A stretch of DNA of 64,000 nucleotides from Eledone cirrhosa (taxonomy: Eukaryota), in NCBI GenBank assembly GCA_964016885.1, contig OZ024758.1:33294001-33358000 (forward strand), read 5' to 3'. This document shows, piece after piece, positions 24,075-36,900 of the stretch. Every line of letters begins with the position of its first letter. Position 1 is the stretch's first letter. Under the pieces are notes generated by a model that saw only the letters and a program-made list of their open reading frames with translations, was not told the origin of the DNA and did no database searches. The position numbers and the translations under genes were made by a program.

Positions 24075-25214
24075 TTTTTTTTTTTTTGAGTTCTTTGTAC
24101 TTGAGTTCTTAGTGTTTTCGTTTAACCTTCTAGTATTGATCTTTTTTATGTGTTGTTCAAGGTTTAACGCTGTAGAGTATGACAGTCTTATAGTGGTAGG
24201 GTTTAGGATTTTGTGGTATTTGTGTGATGTGGGAAAATGTCTTTTAATTATTTTAAAGAAGAGTACTGGTAAATTTGTACTAATGGAGCTATTGTATTCG
24301 GGGTTATACCTTAAGTACTCTTTGCATCGCTTTCTATTAGTTTTGTTTGTTGGTTTACTGGTGTGCATACTATGGTAGTAAGTGTGGTTTGGTGTTGTGT
24401 TATTATATCTACCTATGTGGGATTTATTTTGGGTGTTTTGATTGTTCCCATCTATGTACTCTATTTTGTTGAGGTAGCCTGCTTTACTAAGGGCGTTATC
24501 GTAGTACTCGGCGTGTTCCTTAAATACTTGTATGTTAGAAGATAGACCCGAGATTCTAAGGGAAATATTTTTAGGGATAGATTTAATTATAGAGATGGGG
24601 TGGTTAGACCCAACATTTACGTATTTGAGATTTTCATTCAATTTATGAAACGGTTTAATCAAACCAGAGTTTAAATTGAGTGTGACATCCAGGAAGTTAA
24701 CTACTTTAAGGTTGTATTCATATGTTATAGTTAGTCCTATTTCGAGTAGTAGTTTTCTTATATCTTTGCGTAGTTTTTCTAGTTTTTGGTTATTAAGGTT
24801 TTTAGCTAGGAGGAGAACATCGTCGCGGTATATTCCGCCGTGGAGATTGCTGAATTTTTCCTGGAGTCTAAAGGCGATAAATAACCCCACAATATCAGTT
24901 ATTTCCGCCGAATCGTTAGAGCCCATTGTTATGTCAAAGTTAGAGGGTCTATCTTTACGTACCCAATAACTGTTCTCAAATTTGACTATAGTTTTCCTAG
25001 CTTCTAATATAATCTTAATTTCATCGTTTGTAAGGTCAGAGTTATCCTTAGCAAACTTAATGGCTCTATTCAAAGTTTCAGGTGATATCGATGAGTAATA
25101 TTCATCGATATCAAACTGGATAAACTTAGATTTATTCTTATTGCTAATGCTATTAAACCATCTTATTGCTTCTTGGGTCTTCCCCCAGAGTTTAATGTTA
25201 ACCTTAGCCTTAAT
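24069..25214 (-). CDS. PLE-A reverse transcriptase core
   Basis: FIQFDIDEYYSSI, DITMGSNDSAE, GIYRDD, VNFLDVTL and YVNVGSNHP motifs; in frame with the upstream ORF across one TAA. Confidence 0.9.
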   Translation of the reverse strand: MKAKVNIKLWGKTQEAIRWFNSISNKNKSKFIQFDIDEYYSSISPETLNRAIKFAKDNSDLTNDEIKIILEARKTIVKFENSYWVRKDRPSNFDITMGSNDSAEITDIVGLFIAFRLQEKFSNLHGGIYRDDVLLLAKNLNNQKLEKLRKDIRKLLLEIGLTITYEYNLKVVNFLDVTLNLNSGLIKPFHKLNENLKYVNVGSNHPISIIKSIPKNISLRISGLSSNIQVFKEHAEYYDNALSKAGYLNKIEYIDGNNQNTQNKSHIGRYNNTTPNHTYYHSMHTSKPTNKTNRKRCKEYLRYNPEYNSSISTNLPVLFFKIIKRHFPTSHKYHKILNPTTIRLSYSTALNLEQHIKKINTRRLNENTKNSSTKNSKKKKQ

Positions 25215-25883
25215 TTAGGGGATGATTCTATCTAAGATATATTTGCTTATTTTACCTATATCTGATTTAGAGGGGCAGATTAATCTAATTTTAGGGTCAT
25301 TATCAAAGTTTACCTTGTGGTCCTTAAGATTGAAGGTGGGTACCGCCGGTAAGAGTGGTCCTGTCCTATCTTCGATTCCGAGATTTTTCACTATTTCGCA
25401 TGCCTCATCATTGATGTGCTTAAGGGTTACTTCACTCGTTTTTCTATATTTTTTATGTAATTCTTTTCGAATGAAGTTGTTGTATGTAGTGCAATCCATA
25501 GTGTACAGGTTTGATGTTTTGTCCGCTTTTACTACAATTCCTTTGGTGTTTTTAAGGTCGTCCAGTAGTTTTTTTATATCTTTCTGTAATTTGCTGTTGG
25601 TGTTGCGTCCTTTGAATTTAATTTTAAGGATTAAGTTCATAAGGTCCTGCTCAAATGCATCTAATAGTGGGTTGGTGGGTGGGTTTTTACAAGTCCTAAA
25701 ACCGAATTTGTTGTTTACACCACTTTCTAATGTTGAGTTCATACGGCTTCTATCATAGTGGAGCGTTTTCCACCTGACACGTCGAATGAATTCATTAGTT
25801 TTTTGAATCATGCTCAATAAATATTCCTTTCTACCTTGGGTTGGTATGTTTTTGAGTGACATATCCAGGTAGTGTTTTTCCAT
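25215..25883 (-). CDS. PLE-A ORF N-terminal part (pre-RT and RT fingers)
   Basis: SLKNIP..FIRRVRWK..KADKTSNLY..LKDHK..PKIRLI; the KADK motif is typical of PLE ORFs. Confidence 0.85.
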   Translation of the reverse strand: MEKHYLDMSLKNIPTQGRKEYLLSMIQKTNEFIRRVRWKTLHYDRSRMNSTLESGVNNKFGFRTCKNPPTNPLLDAFEQDLMNLILKIKFKGRNTNSKLQKDIKKLLDDLKNTKGIVVKADKTSNLYTMDCTTYNNFIRKELHKKYRKTSEVTLKHINDEACEIVKNLGIEDRTGPLLPAVPTFNLKDHKVNFDNDPKIRLICPSKSDIGKISKYILDRIIP

Positions 25884-26175
25884 TGTTGTGGTTGCGTTTG
25901 CTGTGTGGGTTGCTCGACTTTACAGGAGGTAAATATACAGTATTTTCCGTTGTGTTGTAATATAAATATTACACACAGTAGATTATCAGCTCACGTAGAG
26001 TTTGCTCGACGGTTCCAGTTGTAGTTCCAAAAGTAATCCGGAGAAAAATAGAAAGATTTGAATGGATACAGTTTAGTTGAAAGGAATTTATTGACACGTG
26101 TTTCTATAACAGTTACATAACCTAAAACAGCTATCTACAAACTTTTAGTTATGCAGACATTCAATATTTCAATGT

Positions 26176-26624
26176 TATATATATATATATATATAGATAT
26201 CTATATATATAGATATCTATATATATATATAGATATCTATATATATAGATATCTATATATATATATAGATATCTATATATATATATATAGATATCTATAT
26301 ATATAGATATCTATATATATAGATATCTATATATATATATAGATATCTATATATATAGATATCTATATATATATATATCTATATAGATATATATATATCT
26401 ATATATATATATATCTATATAGATATATATATATCTATATATATATATATCTATATAGATATATATATATATAGATATATATATATCTATATATATATAT
26501 ATCTATATATATATATATCTATATAGATATATATATATATATATCTATATATATATATCTATATATATATATATCTATATAGATATATATATATATCTAT
26601 ATAGATATATATATATATATATAT

Positions 26625-26705
<81 letters not shown>

Positions 26706-26758
26706 TATATATATATATATATCTATATATATATATCTATATATATATATATCTATAT

Positions 26759-26796
<38 letters not shown>

Positions 26797-26838
26797 ATAT
26801 AGATATATATATATATATATATATATCTATATCTATAT

Positions 26839-26874
<36 letters not shown>

Positions 26875-26916
26875 ATATAGATATATATATATATATATAT
26901 ATATCTATATCTATAT

Positions 26917-26972
<56 letters not shown>

Positions 26973-27008
26973 ATATAGATATATATATATATATATATAT
27001 ATCTATAT

Positions 27009-27089
<81 letters not shown>

Positions 27090-27192
27090 TATATATATAT
27101 ATAGATATATATATATATAGATATATCTATATAGATATATATATATATATATATATCTATATAGATATAGATATATATATATATATATATAT

Positions 27193-27267
<75 letters not shown>

Positions 27268-27301
27268 TATATATATATAGATATATATATATATAGATAT
27301 A

Positions 27302-27332
<31 letters not shown>

Positions 27333-27540
27333 ATAGATATATATATACATATATATATATAGATATATAGATATAGATATAGATATAGATATATATATAG
27401 ATAGATATAGATATATATATATATATAGATATATATAGATATATATATATATATAGATATATATAGATATATATATATATATATATAGATATATATATAT
27501 ATAGATATATATAGATATATATATATATATAGATATATAT

Positions 27541-27631
<91 letters not shown>

Positions 27632-27632
27632 T
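26176..27632. repeat. (TA)n/(TAGA)n/(TATC)n compound microsatellite
   Basis: Direct reading; ~1.45 kb. Confidence 0.95.
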
Positions 27633-27789
27633 ATTGTTATACTTTGGGAGGGCCATGTTGCCAATAAGAAACACACGCACCAGTTGCTTTCACTTCAATT
27701 TAATTTATTATATATTTATAAATTTACAAATTTATAAATTTCTGGTTGGTTGGTTGGTTCCACAACCAGATAGTTGTTTATATATATAT

Positions 27790-27834
27790 AGTCATAGTTC
27801 TTTCGTCACACACTCTGTGACCTCTTCAGTGACT
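27790..27834 (-). ncRNA. Minimal type-I hammerhead ribozyme in PLE-B pLTR
   Basis: agtca-CTGAAGA-g-gtcaca(gagtg)tgtgac-GAAA-gaac-TA-tgact. Confidence 0.8.
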
Positions 27835-28140
27835 GGGATTTCTTTCTTCGTTTCTGTGCCTTTCTTTTCTTCTATCCTACGCCATTTTGTTTGTGTGTGG
27901 GTTGCGTGCTCAGTTTGCGCATGCGCCACATCCGGGTGTCTGTGTGTGTTTGTGTTCATTTTTCTATTTTTCTCTATTTATATTTTTCTATTTGTTTGTT
28001 TATTTATTCATTTATTGTTGGTTGGTTGTTTGTTCTATGTGTGTGTGTGTTTTCATTTTGTCTTGTGTGTGTTTTCATTTTGTGTGTGTTTTCAATTGTA
28101 AGTTGTTTGTTCTATGTGTGTGTGTGTTTTCATTTTGTCC

Positions 28141-28803
28141 TTAATTGTAAGTTGTGATGTTGCTGTTCCACTCATATTTTCTATTTAATTTTGGTTTTAA
28201 TTCTTTTATGCTTACTGCCTCTGTAATTTGCCTAAACATTGCGTCTTTCTTGTGTGTGGATTCTATTTTTATTTCTATGCTCTCTAATTTACCCCTGTGT
28301 TCTATCTTAGCATGTTGGTAGAGCACAGATGATTCTTTATTATCTTGGAGGTCTCGCCAGTGTTCATTTATTCGTTCCCCTATACTACGAGCTGTCTCAC
28401 CTATGTACACTATATTTTTGTTTCTACATTGTCCTTCAGTACATCTTATGCTATATACTACATTTCTAGTTTTACAGTTAATATGGGGGCTTATTTTACA
28501 GGTTATACATTTCTTATCTATACATGAGGGTCTTTGGAACGGGTATGTCTTGCTAATAAGTGTTTTTACGGAGGTACCAGGTCTTTCTACTATCTTAATA
28601 TTGAGATTATGTTTCTTTAGGGCCCTTCTAAATTTGTAGGCTAGTTCGCCTCTAGGGGTTGTATTGATGAACATTACACTCTGGTATTTATTGCTATCAT
28701 ACCATGAGTTTATTCTATTGGCCTTGTTCTTAGTTCTTTCTATTCTATTCCAAAATTTGCTCCTATACAAGGGGCAGGTCCCATTTATGTCATTATTTAC
28801 CAT
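28141..28803 (-). CDS. PLE-B C-terminal region with Cys linker and GIY-YIG endonuclease (open 220 aa)
   Basis: [10 protein letters not shown] linker; [33 protein letters not shown]. Confidence 0.85.
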   Translation of the reverse strand: MVNNDINGTCPLYRSKFWNRIERTKNKANRINSWYDSNKYQSVMFINTTPRGELAYKFRRALKKHNLNIKIVERPGTSVKTLISKTYPFQRPSCIDKKCITCKISPHINCKTRNVVYSIRCTEGQCRNKNIVYIGETARSIGERINEHWRDLQDNKESSVLYQHAKIEHRGKLESIEIKIESTHKKDAMFRQITEAVSIKELKPKLNRKYEWNSNITTYN

Positions 28804-28876
28804 TTGGTTCTGGCTCCTTTATACACTCTGATTCTATCTCTCTGATTGTAGCCAGAGAACTGCATCCACCGTATGC

Positions 28877-28911
<35 letters not shown>

Positions 28912-28936
28912 TATATATATAGATAGATATATAGAT

Positions 28937-28985
<49 letters not shown>

Positions 28986-29115
28986 TATATATAGATATAG
29001 ATATATATATATATAGATATATATATATATATATATATAGATAGATCTATATATATATATATATATATATCTATATATATATATATCTATATCTATATAT
29101 CTATATATATATATA
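28877..29115. repeat. (TA)n/(TAGA)n microsatellite
   Basis: Direct reading. Confidence 0.95.
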
Positions 29116-30650
29116 TTCTTAGAAAACTAGGCGTTGACGAATAGCTTGTGAGGGCTATACAAGCCATGTATAAAGAAACAGTCAGCAAGGTTAGAATTAA
29201 CAACGAATATAGTGAAGAGTTTAGCGTAAAAGTTGGCGTCCATCAGGGCTCTGTTCTCAGCCCCCTACTATTTATTATTGCCCTTCAGGCTATAACAGAG
29301 GAGTTCAAGACAGGCTGCCCATGGAACTCCTATACGCAGACGACCTGACACTCATAGCGGAATCAATGGCCGAGCTAGAGAAGAAATTCCAAACATGGAA
29401 GCACGGCCTAGAGTCAAAAGGACTTAAAATTAACCTGGCTAAGACCAAAGTTCTAGTTTGTAGGAAAGAAAACAAGGCGGCGGTCCCTTCTGGGAAATGG
29501 TCGTGCTCGGTATGTAGGAAAGGCGTAGGTAGAAACTCCATCTTATGTCCTAAATGCAAAGTATGGGTGCATAAAAGATGTAGTGGGATCACAGGTAAGC
29601 TAACTAAGAACATAGACTTTACATGTGGCCGGTGCTCTGGTGCAATAAGTAGCAGCAAGTGCCCACAAAATACTAGCTCTTTCAATTGCGCAGAGGGTTC
29701 TATAGAAATAGTGGACAGCTTCCGTTACCTGGGCGATAAAATCAGCAGTGGGGGAGGGTGCTCTGAAAGTACTGTAGCTAGAGTCAGAACTGGTTGGAAA
29801 AAGTTCAGAGAGCTTATACCACTATTAGCTGCTAAAGGGTTCTCCCTAAAAATGAAAGGCAGGTTGTACGATGCCTGCATACGAACAGCAATGTTGCATG
29901 GTAGTGAGACCTGGGCATTGTGTGCAGAGGATATACGCAGACTAGAGAGGAACGAAGCTTGCATGCTCCGCTGGACGTGTAACAGTAATATATGTGAACG
30001 GCAAAGCATAAACGAACTAAGGAAAAAATTAGAGATAAGAGGGATCAGATGTTGTTTACCTCGAGAGAAGGCTGCGTTGGTATGGACACGTGATGCGCAT
30101 GAAAGTCGATAGCTGTATTACAAAGTGCAGGGCAATAAAGATAGACGGTAGCCACGGAATAGGCAGACCTAGAAAAACATGGGATGAGCTGATAAACTCC
30201 GACCTCACACACTTACACCTCTCCAAGACAATGTCACTGGACCGTGACATTTGGCGGTACTCAGTAACAGAGAAGACCCGCCTTGCCAGTAGGCATCTCT
30301 AACAAAATACACCCCGTCCCGCCACCACCCCCACCCCATCCACACCACCCCATTCTATGTAAAGTTATGTTGGTGCCGCGGCATCCAGGCCGAAACAAAT
30401 GAGATCGTGTAGGTGTCACGACAAAAAAAACACACAGTCCACGCTGTAATGTGGCCGTGTAGGCAACACGGTAAAAACCTCCCAGACCCACACTGTAAAT
30501 GTGGTTGGTGTTAGGAAGGGCATCCAACTGTAGAAAACCTGCCAGACAGTCCTATGCGACCAAGACAATCACTCATGCCTCAAGTGGGACTACCCCCGTC
30601 CAAACCCATGCAAGCGTGGAACACGGACGTTAAACGTTGATGATGATGAT
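29116..30650 (+). mobile_element. RTE-clade LINE, 5'-truncated (RT C-half, PHD-like finger, C-terminus, 3' UTR with (GAT)n tail)
   Basis: GVHQGSVLSPLLF, LLYADD, FRYLG, MLHGSETW, GRPRKTW; two frameshifts. Confidence 0.9.
29321..30112 (+). CDS. RTE reverse transcriptase fragment
   Basis: YADD motif, C4HC3 finger, RTE thumb motifs. Confidence 0.8.
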   Translation: MELLYADDLTLIAESMAELEKKFQTWKHGLESKGLKINLAKTKVLVCRKENKAAVPSGKWSCSVCRKGVGRNSILCPKCKVWVHKRCSGITGKLTKNIDFTCGRCSGAISSSKCPQNTSSFNCAEGSIEIVDSFRYLGDKISSGGGCSESTVARVRTGWKKFRELIPLLAAKGFSLKMKGRLYDACIRTAMLHGSETWALCAEDIRRLERNEACMLRWTCNSNICERQSINELRKKLEIRGIRCCLPREKAALVWTRDAHESR

Positions 30651-30743
30651 ATATATATATATATAGATATTAGATATATATATATTAGATATATATATAT
30701 ATAGATATATATATATTAGATATATATATATATTTAGATAATA

Positions 30744-30943
30744 NNNNNNNNNNNNNNNNNNNNNNNNNNNNNNNNNNNNNNNNNNNNNNNNNNNNNNNNN
30801 NNNNNNNNNNNNNNNNNNNNNNNNNNNNNNNNNNNNNNNNNNNNNNNNNNNNNNNNNNNNNNNNNNNNNNNNNNNNNNNNNNNNNNNNNNNNNNNNNNNN
30901 NNNNNNNNNNNNNNNNNNNNNNNNNNNNNNNNNNNNNNNNNNN
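30744..30943. other. Assembly gap (200 N)
   Basis: Run of n. Confidence 1.
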
Positions 30944-33900
30944 CCCCCCTCCCCCCCCCTCTACACTTGTCTATTCAGTCTGTCTATCCACATAACTCTC
31001 TATTACCCCCCCACCTACACTTGTCTATCAGTCTGTCTATCCACATAACTCTCTATTACCCCCCCTCCCACCTACACTTGTCTATCAGTCTGTCTATCCA
31101 CATAACTCTCTATTACCCCCCCCCCACCTCACACTTGTCTATCAGTCTGTCTATCCACATAACTCTCTATTACCCCCCTCTCCCCCCACCTACACTTGTC
31201 TATCAGTCTGTCTATCCACATAACTCTCTATTACCCCCCCCACCTACACTTGTCTATCAGTCTGTCTATCCACATAACTCTCTATTACCCCCCCCACCTA
31301 CACTTGTCTATCAGTCTGTCTATCCACATAACTCTCTATTACCCCCCCCACCTACACTTGTCTATCAGTCTGTCTATCCACATAACTCTCTATTACCCCC
31401 CTCCCCCCCACCTACACTTGTCTATCAGTCTGTCTATCCACATAACTCTCTATTACCCCCCCCCACCTACACTTGTCTATCAGTCTGTCTATCCACATAA
31501 CTCTCTATTACCCCCCCCACCTACACTTGTCTATCAGTCTGTCTATCCACATAACTCTCTATTACCCCCCCCCACCTACACTTGTCTATCAGTCTGTCTA
31601 TCCACATAACTCTCTATTACCCCCCCCCACCTACACTTGTCTATCAGTCTGTCTATCCACATAACTCTCTATTACCCCCCCCCCTCTACACTTGTCTATC
31701 AGTCTGTCTATCCACATAACTCTCTATTACCCCCCCCCACCTACACTTGTCTATCAGTCTGTCTATCCACATAACTCTCTATTACCCCCCCCACCTACAC
31801 TTGTCTATCAGTCTGTCTATCCACATAACTCTCTATTACCCCCCCCCCACCTACACTTGTCTATCAGTCTGTCTATCCACATAACTCTCTATTACCCCCC
31901 TCCCCCCCACCTACACTTGTCTATCAGTCTGTCTATCCACATAACTCTCTATTACCCCCCCCACCTACACTTGTCTATCAGTCTGTCTATCCACATAACT
32001 CTCTATTACCCCCCCCCCCCTCTACACTTGTCTATCAGTCTGTCTATCCACATAACTCTCTATTACCCCCCCCCCACCTACACTTGTCTATCAGTCTGTC
32101 TATCCACATAACTCTCTATTACCCCCCCCCCACCTACACTTGTCTATCAGTCTGTCTATCCACATAACTCTCTATTACCCCCCCCCCCCACCTACACTTG
32201 TCTATCAGTCTGTCTATCCACATAACTCTCTATTACCCCCCCCCACCTACACTTGTCTATCAGTCTGTCTATCCACATAACTCTCTATTACCCCCCCCCC
32301 TCTACACTTGTCTATCAGTCTGTCTATCCACATAACTCTCTATTACCCCCCTCCCCCCCACCTACACTTGTCTATCAGTCTGTCTATCCACATAACTCTC
32401 TATTACCCCCCCCACCTACACTTGTCTATCAGTCTGTCTATCCACATAACTCTCTATTACCCCCCCACCTACACTTGTCTATCAGTCTGTCTATCCACAT
32501 AACTCTCTATTACCCCCCCCCCCCACCTACACTTGTCTATCAGTCTGTCTATCCACATAACTCTCTATTACCCCCCCCCCCACCTACACTTGTCTATCAG
32601 TCTGTCTATCCACATAACTCTCTATTACCCCCCTCCCCCCACCTACACTTGTCTATCAGTCTGTCTATCCACATAACTCTCTATTACCCCCCCCCCCCAC
32701 CTACACTTGTCTATCAGTCTGTCTATCCACATAACTCTCTATTACCCCCCCCCCCTCTACACTTGTCTATCAGTCTGTCTATCCACATAACTCTCTATTA
32801 CCCCCCCCCCCACCTACACTTGTCTATCAGTCTGTCTATCCACATAACTCTCTATTACCCCCCCCCACCTACACTTGTCTATCAGTCTGTCTATCCACAT
32901 AACTCTCTATTACCCCCCCCCACCTACACTTGTCTATCAGTCTGTCTATCCACATAACTCTCTATTACCCCCCCCCCCACCTACACTTGTCTATCAGTCT
33001 GTCTATCCACATAACTCTCTATTACCCCCCCCCCCCTCTACACTTGTCTATCAGTCTGTCTATCCACATAACTCTCTATTACCCCCCCCCACCTACACTT
33101 GTCTATCAGTCTGTCTATCCACATAACTCTCTATTACCCCCCTCCCCCCCCACCTACACTTGTCTATCAGTCTGTCTATCCACATAACTCTCTATTACCC
33201 CCCCCCCCCACCTACACTTGTCTATCAGTCTGTCTATCCACATAACTCTCTATTACCCCCCCCCACCTACACTTGTCTATCAGTCTGTCTATCCACATAA
33301 CTCTCTATTACCCCCCCCCCCACCTACACTTGTCTATCAGTCTGTCTATCCACATAACTCTCTATTACCCCCCCCCCACCTACACTTGTCTATCAGTCTG
33401 TCTATCCACATAACTCTCTATTACCCCCCTCCCCCCCACCTACACTTGTCTATCAGTCTGTCTATCCACATAACTCTCTATTACCCCCCCCCCCCTCTAC
33501 ACTTGTCTATCAGTCTGTCTATCCACATAACTCTCTATTACCCCCCCCCCACCTACACTTGTCTATCAGTCTGTCTATCCACATAACTCTCTATTACCCC
33601 CCTCCCCCCCACCTACACTTGTCTATCAGTCTGTCTATCCACATAACTCTCTATTACCCCCCCCCCCACCTACACTTGTCTATCAGTCTGTCTATCCACA
33701 TAACTCTCTATTACCCCCCTCCCCCCCCTCTACACTTGTCTATCAGTCTGTCTATCCACATAACTCTCTATTACCCCCCCCACCTACACTTGTCTATCAG
33801 TCTGTCTATCCACATAACTCTCTATTACCCCCCTCCCCCCCACCTACACTTGTCTATCAGTCTGTCTATCCACATAACTCTCTATTACCCCCCCCCCCCA

Positions 33901-36900
33901 CCTACACTTGTCTATCAGTCTGTCTATCCACATAACTCTCTATTACCCCCCCCCCCCACCTACACTTGTCTATCAGTCTGTCTATCCACATAACTCTCTA
34001 TTACCCCCCTCCCCCCCCCTCTACACTTGTCTATCAGTCTGTCTATCCACATAACTCTCTATTACCCCCCCCACCTACACTTGTCTATCAGTCTGTCTAT
34101 CCACATAACTCTCTATTACCCCCCCCACCTACACTTGTCTATCAGTCTGTCTATCCACATAACTCTCTATTACCCCCCCCCCCCACCTACACTTGTCTAT
34201 CAGTCTGTCTATCCACATAACTCTCTATTACCCCCCTCCCCCCACCTACACTTGTCTATCAGTCTGTCTATCCACATAACTCTCTATTACCCCCCCCCCC
34301 CCCTCTACACTTGTCTATCAGTCTGTCTATCCACATAACTCTCTATTACCCCCCCCACCTACACTTGTCTATCAGTCTGTCTATCCACATAACTCTCTAT
34401 TACCCCCCTCCCCCCCACCTACACTTGTCTATCAGTCTGTCTATCCACATAACTCTCTATTACCCCCCTCCCCCCCCCTCTACACTTGTCTATCAGTCTG
34501 TCTATCCACATAACTCTCTATCACCCCCCCACCTACACTTGTCTATCAGTCTGTCTATCCACATAACTCTCTATTACCCCCCCCCCACCTACACTTGTCT
34601 ATCAGTCTGTCTATCCACATAACTCTCTATTACCCCCCTCCCCCCCTCTACACTTGTCTATCAGTCTGTCTATCCACATAACTCTCTATTACCCCCCCAC
34701 CTACACTTGTCTATCAGTCTGTCTATCCACATAACTCTCTATTACCCCCCCCCACCTACACTTGTCTATCAGTCTGTCTATCCACATAACTCTCTATTAC
34801 CCCCCTCCCCCCCCCTCTACACTTGTCTATCAGTCTGTCTATCCACATAACTCTCTATCACCCCCCCACCTACACTTGTCTATCAGTCTGTCTATCCACA
34901 TAACTCTCTATTACCCCCCCCCACCTACACTTGTCTATCAGTCTGTCTATCCACATAACTCTCTATTACCCCCCTCCCCCCCTCTACACTTGTCTATCAG
35001 TCTGTCTATCCACATAACTCTCTATTACCCCCTCCCCCACCTACACTTGTCTATCAGTCTGTCTATCCACATAACTCTCTATTACCCCCCCCCCCACCTA
35101 CACTTGTCTATCAGTCTGTCTATCCACATAACTCTCTATTACCCCCCCACCTACACTTGTCTATCAGTCTGTCTATCCACATAACTCTCTATTACCCCCC
35201 CCCCACCTACACTTGTCTATCAGTCTGTCTATCCACATAACTCTCTATTACCCCCCTCCCCCCCACCTACACTTGTCTATCAGTCTGTCTATCCACATAA
35301 CTCTCTATTACCCCCCTCCCCCCCACCTACACTTGTCTATCAGTCTGTCTATCCACATAACTCTCTATTACCCCCCTCCCCCCCACCTACACTTGTCTAT
35401 CAGTCTGTCTATCCACATAACTCTCTATTACCCCCCTCCCCCCCCCTCTACACTTGTCTATCAGTCTGTCTATCCACATAACTCTCTATTACCCCCCCCA
35501 CCTACACTTGTCTATCAGTCTGTCTATCCACATAACTCTCTATTACCCCCCTCCCCCCCACCTACACTTGTCTATCAGTCTGTCTATCCACATAACTCTC
35601 TATTACCCCCCTCCCCCCCCCTCTACACTTGTCTATCAGTCTGTCTATCCACATAACTCTCTATTACCCCCCCACCTACGCTTGTCTATCAGTCTGTCTA
35701 TCCACATAACTCTCTATTACCCCCCCCACCTACACTTGTCTATCAGTCTGTCTATCCACATAACTCTCTATTACCCCCCCCCCCCCACCTACACTTGTCT
35801 ATCAGTCTGTCTATCCACATAACTCTCTATTACCCCCCTCCCCCCCACCTACACTTGTCTATCAGTCTGTCTATCCACATAACTCTCTATTACCCCCCTC
35901 CCCCCCACCTACACTTGTCTATCAGTCTGTCTATCCACATAACTCTCTATTACCCCCCTCCCCCCCACCTACACTTGTCTATCAGTCTGTCTATCCACAT
36001 AACTCTCTATTACCCCCCCCCCCCACCTACACTTGTCTATCAGTCTGTCTATCCACATAACTCTCTATTACCCCCCTCCCCCCCACCTACACTTGTCTAT
36101 CAGTCTGTCTATCCACATAACTCTCTATTACCCCCCTCCCCCCTCTACACTTGTCTATCAGTCTGTCTATCCACATAACTCTCTATTACCCCCCCCCACC
36201 TACACTTGTCTATCAGTCTGTCTATCCACATAACTCTCTATTACCCCCCCCCCACCTACACTTGTCTATCAGTCTGTCTATCCACATAACTCTCTATTAC
36301 CCCCCCCACCTACACTTGTCTATCAGTCTGTCTATCCACATAACTCTCTATTACCCCCCCCACCTACACTTGTCTATCAGTCTGTCTATCCACATAACTC
36401 TCTATTACCCCCCTCCCCCCCCTCTACACTTGTCTATCAGTCTGTCTATCCACATAACTCTCTATTACCCCCCCCCACCTACACTTGTCTATCAGTCTGT
36501 CTATCCACATAACTCTCTATTACCCCCCTCCCCCCCACCTACACTTGTCTATCAGTCTGTCTATCCACATAACTCTCTATTACCCCCCCCCCCCCTCTAC
36601 ACTTGTCTATCAGTCTGTCTATCCACATAACTCTCTATTACCCCCCCCCCTCTACACTTGTCTATCAGTCTGTCTATCCACATAACTCTCTATTACCCCC
36701 CCCCACCTACACTTGTCTATCAGTCTGTCTATCCACATAACTCTCTATTACCCCCCTCCCCCCCCTCTACACTTGTCTATCAGTCTGTCTATCCACATAA
36801 CTCTCTATTACCCCCCCCCCACCTACACTTGTCTATCAGTCTGTCTATCCACATAACTCTCTATTACCCCCCCCCACCTACACTTGTCTATCAGTCTGTC

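Larger units (their letters stand above)
22452..26178 (-). mobile_element. Near full-length Penelope-like element family A (C-terminal GIY-YIG, CxCx5C linker, Hydra-clade-like) with pseudo-LTRs
   Basis: 131-bp direct repeats at 22452-22582 and 26048-26178, an RT + EN reading frame between them, and (TA)n on both sides. Confidence 0.9.
27631..28878 (-). mobile_element. Penelope-like element family B, 5'-truncated
   Basis: Close homolog of 2560-3968 in opposite orientation; flanked by (TA)n on both sides. Confidence 0.9.

Noticed and set aside
25215-25217. Selenocysteine recoding of the in-frame stop in PLE-A (as in some Naiad PLEs)
   Set aside because: The codon is TAA, not TGA, and the endonuclease is C-terminal.
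21626-27680. Long YI/IY-rich ORFs (21626-22501, 26873-27676, 27003-27680)
   Set aside because: Translations of (TA)n/(TAGA)n microsatellite.
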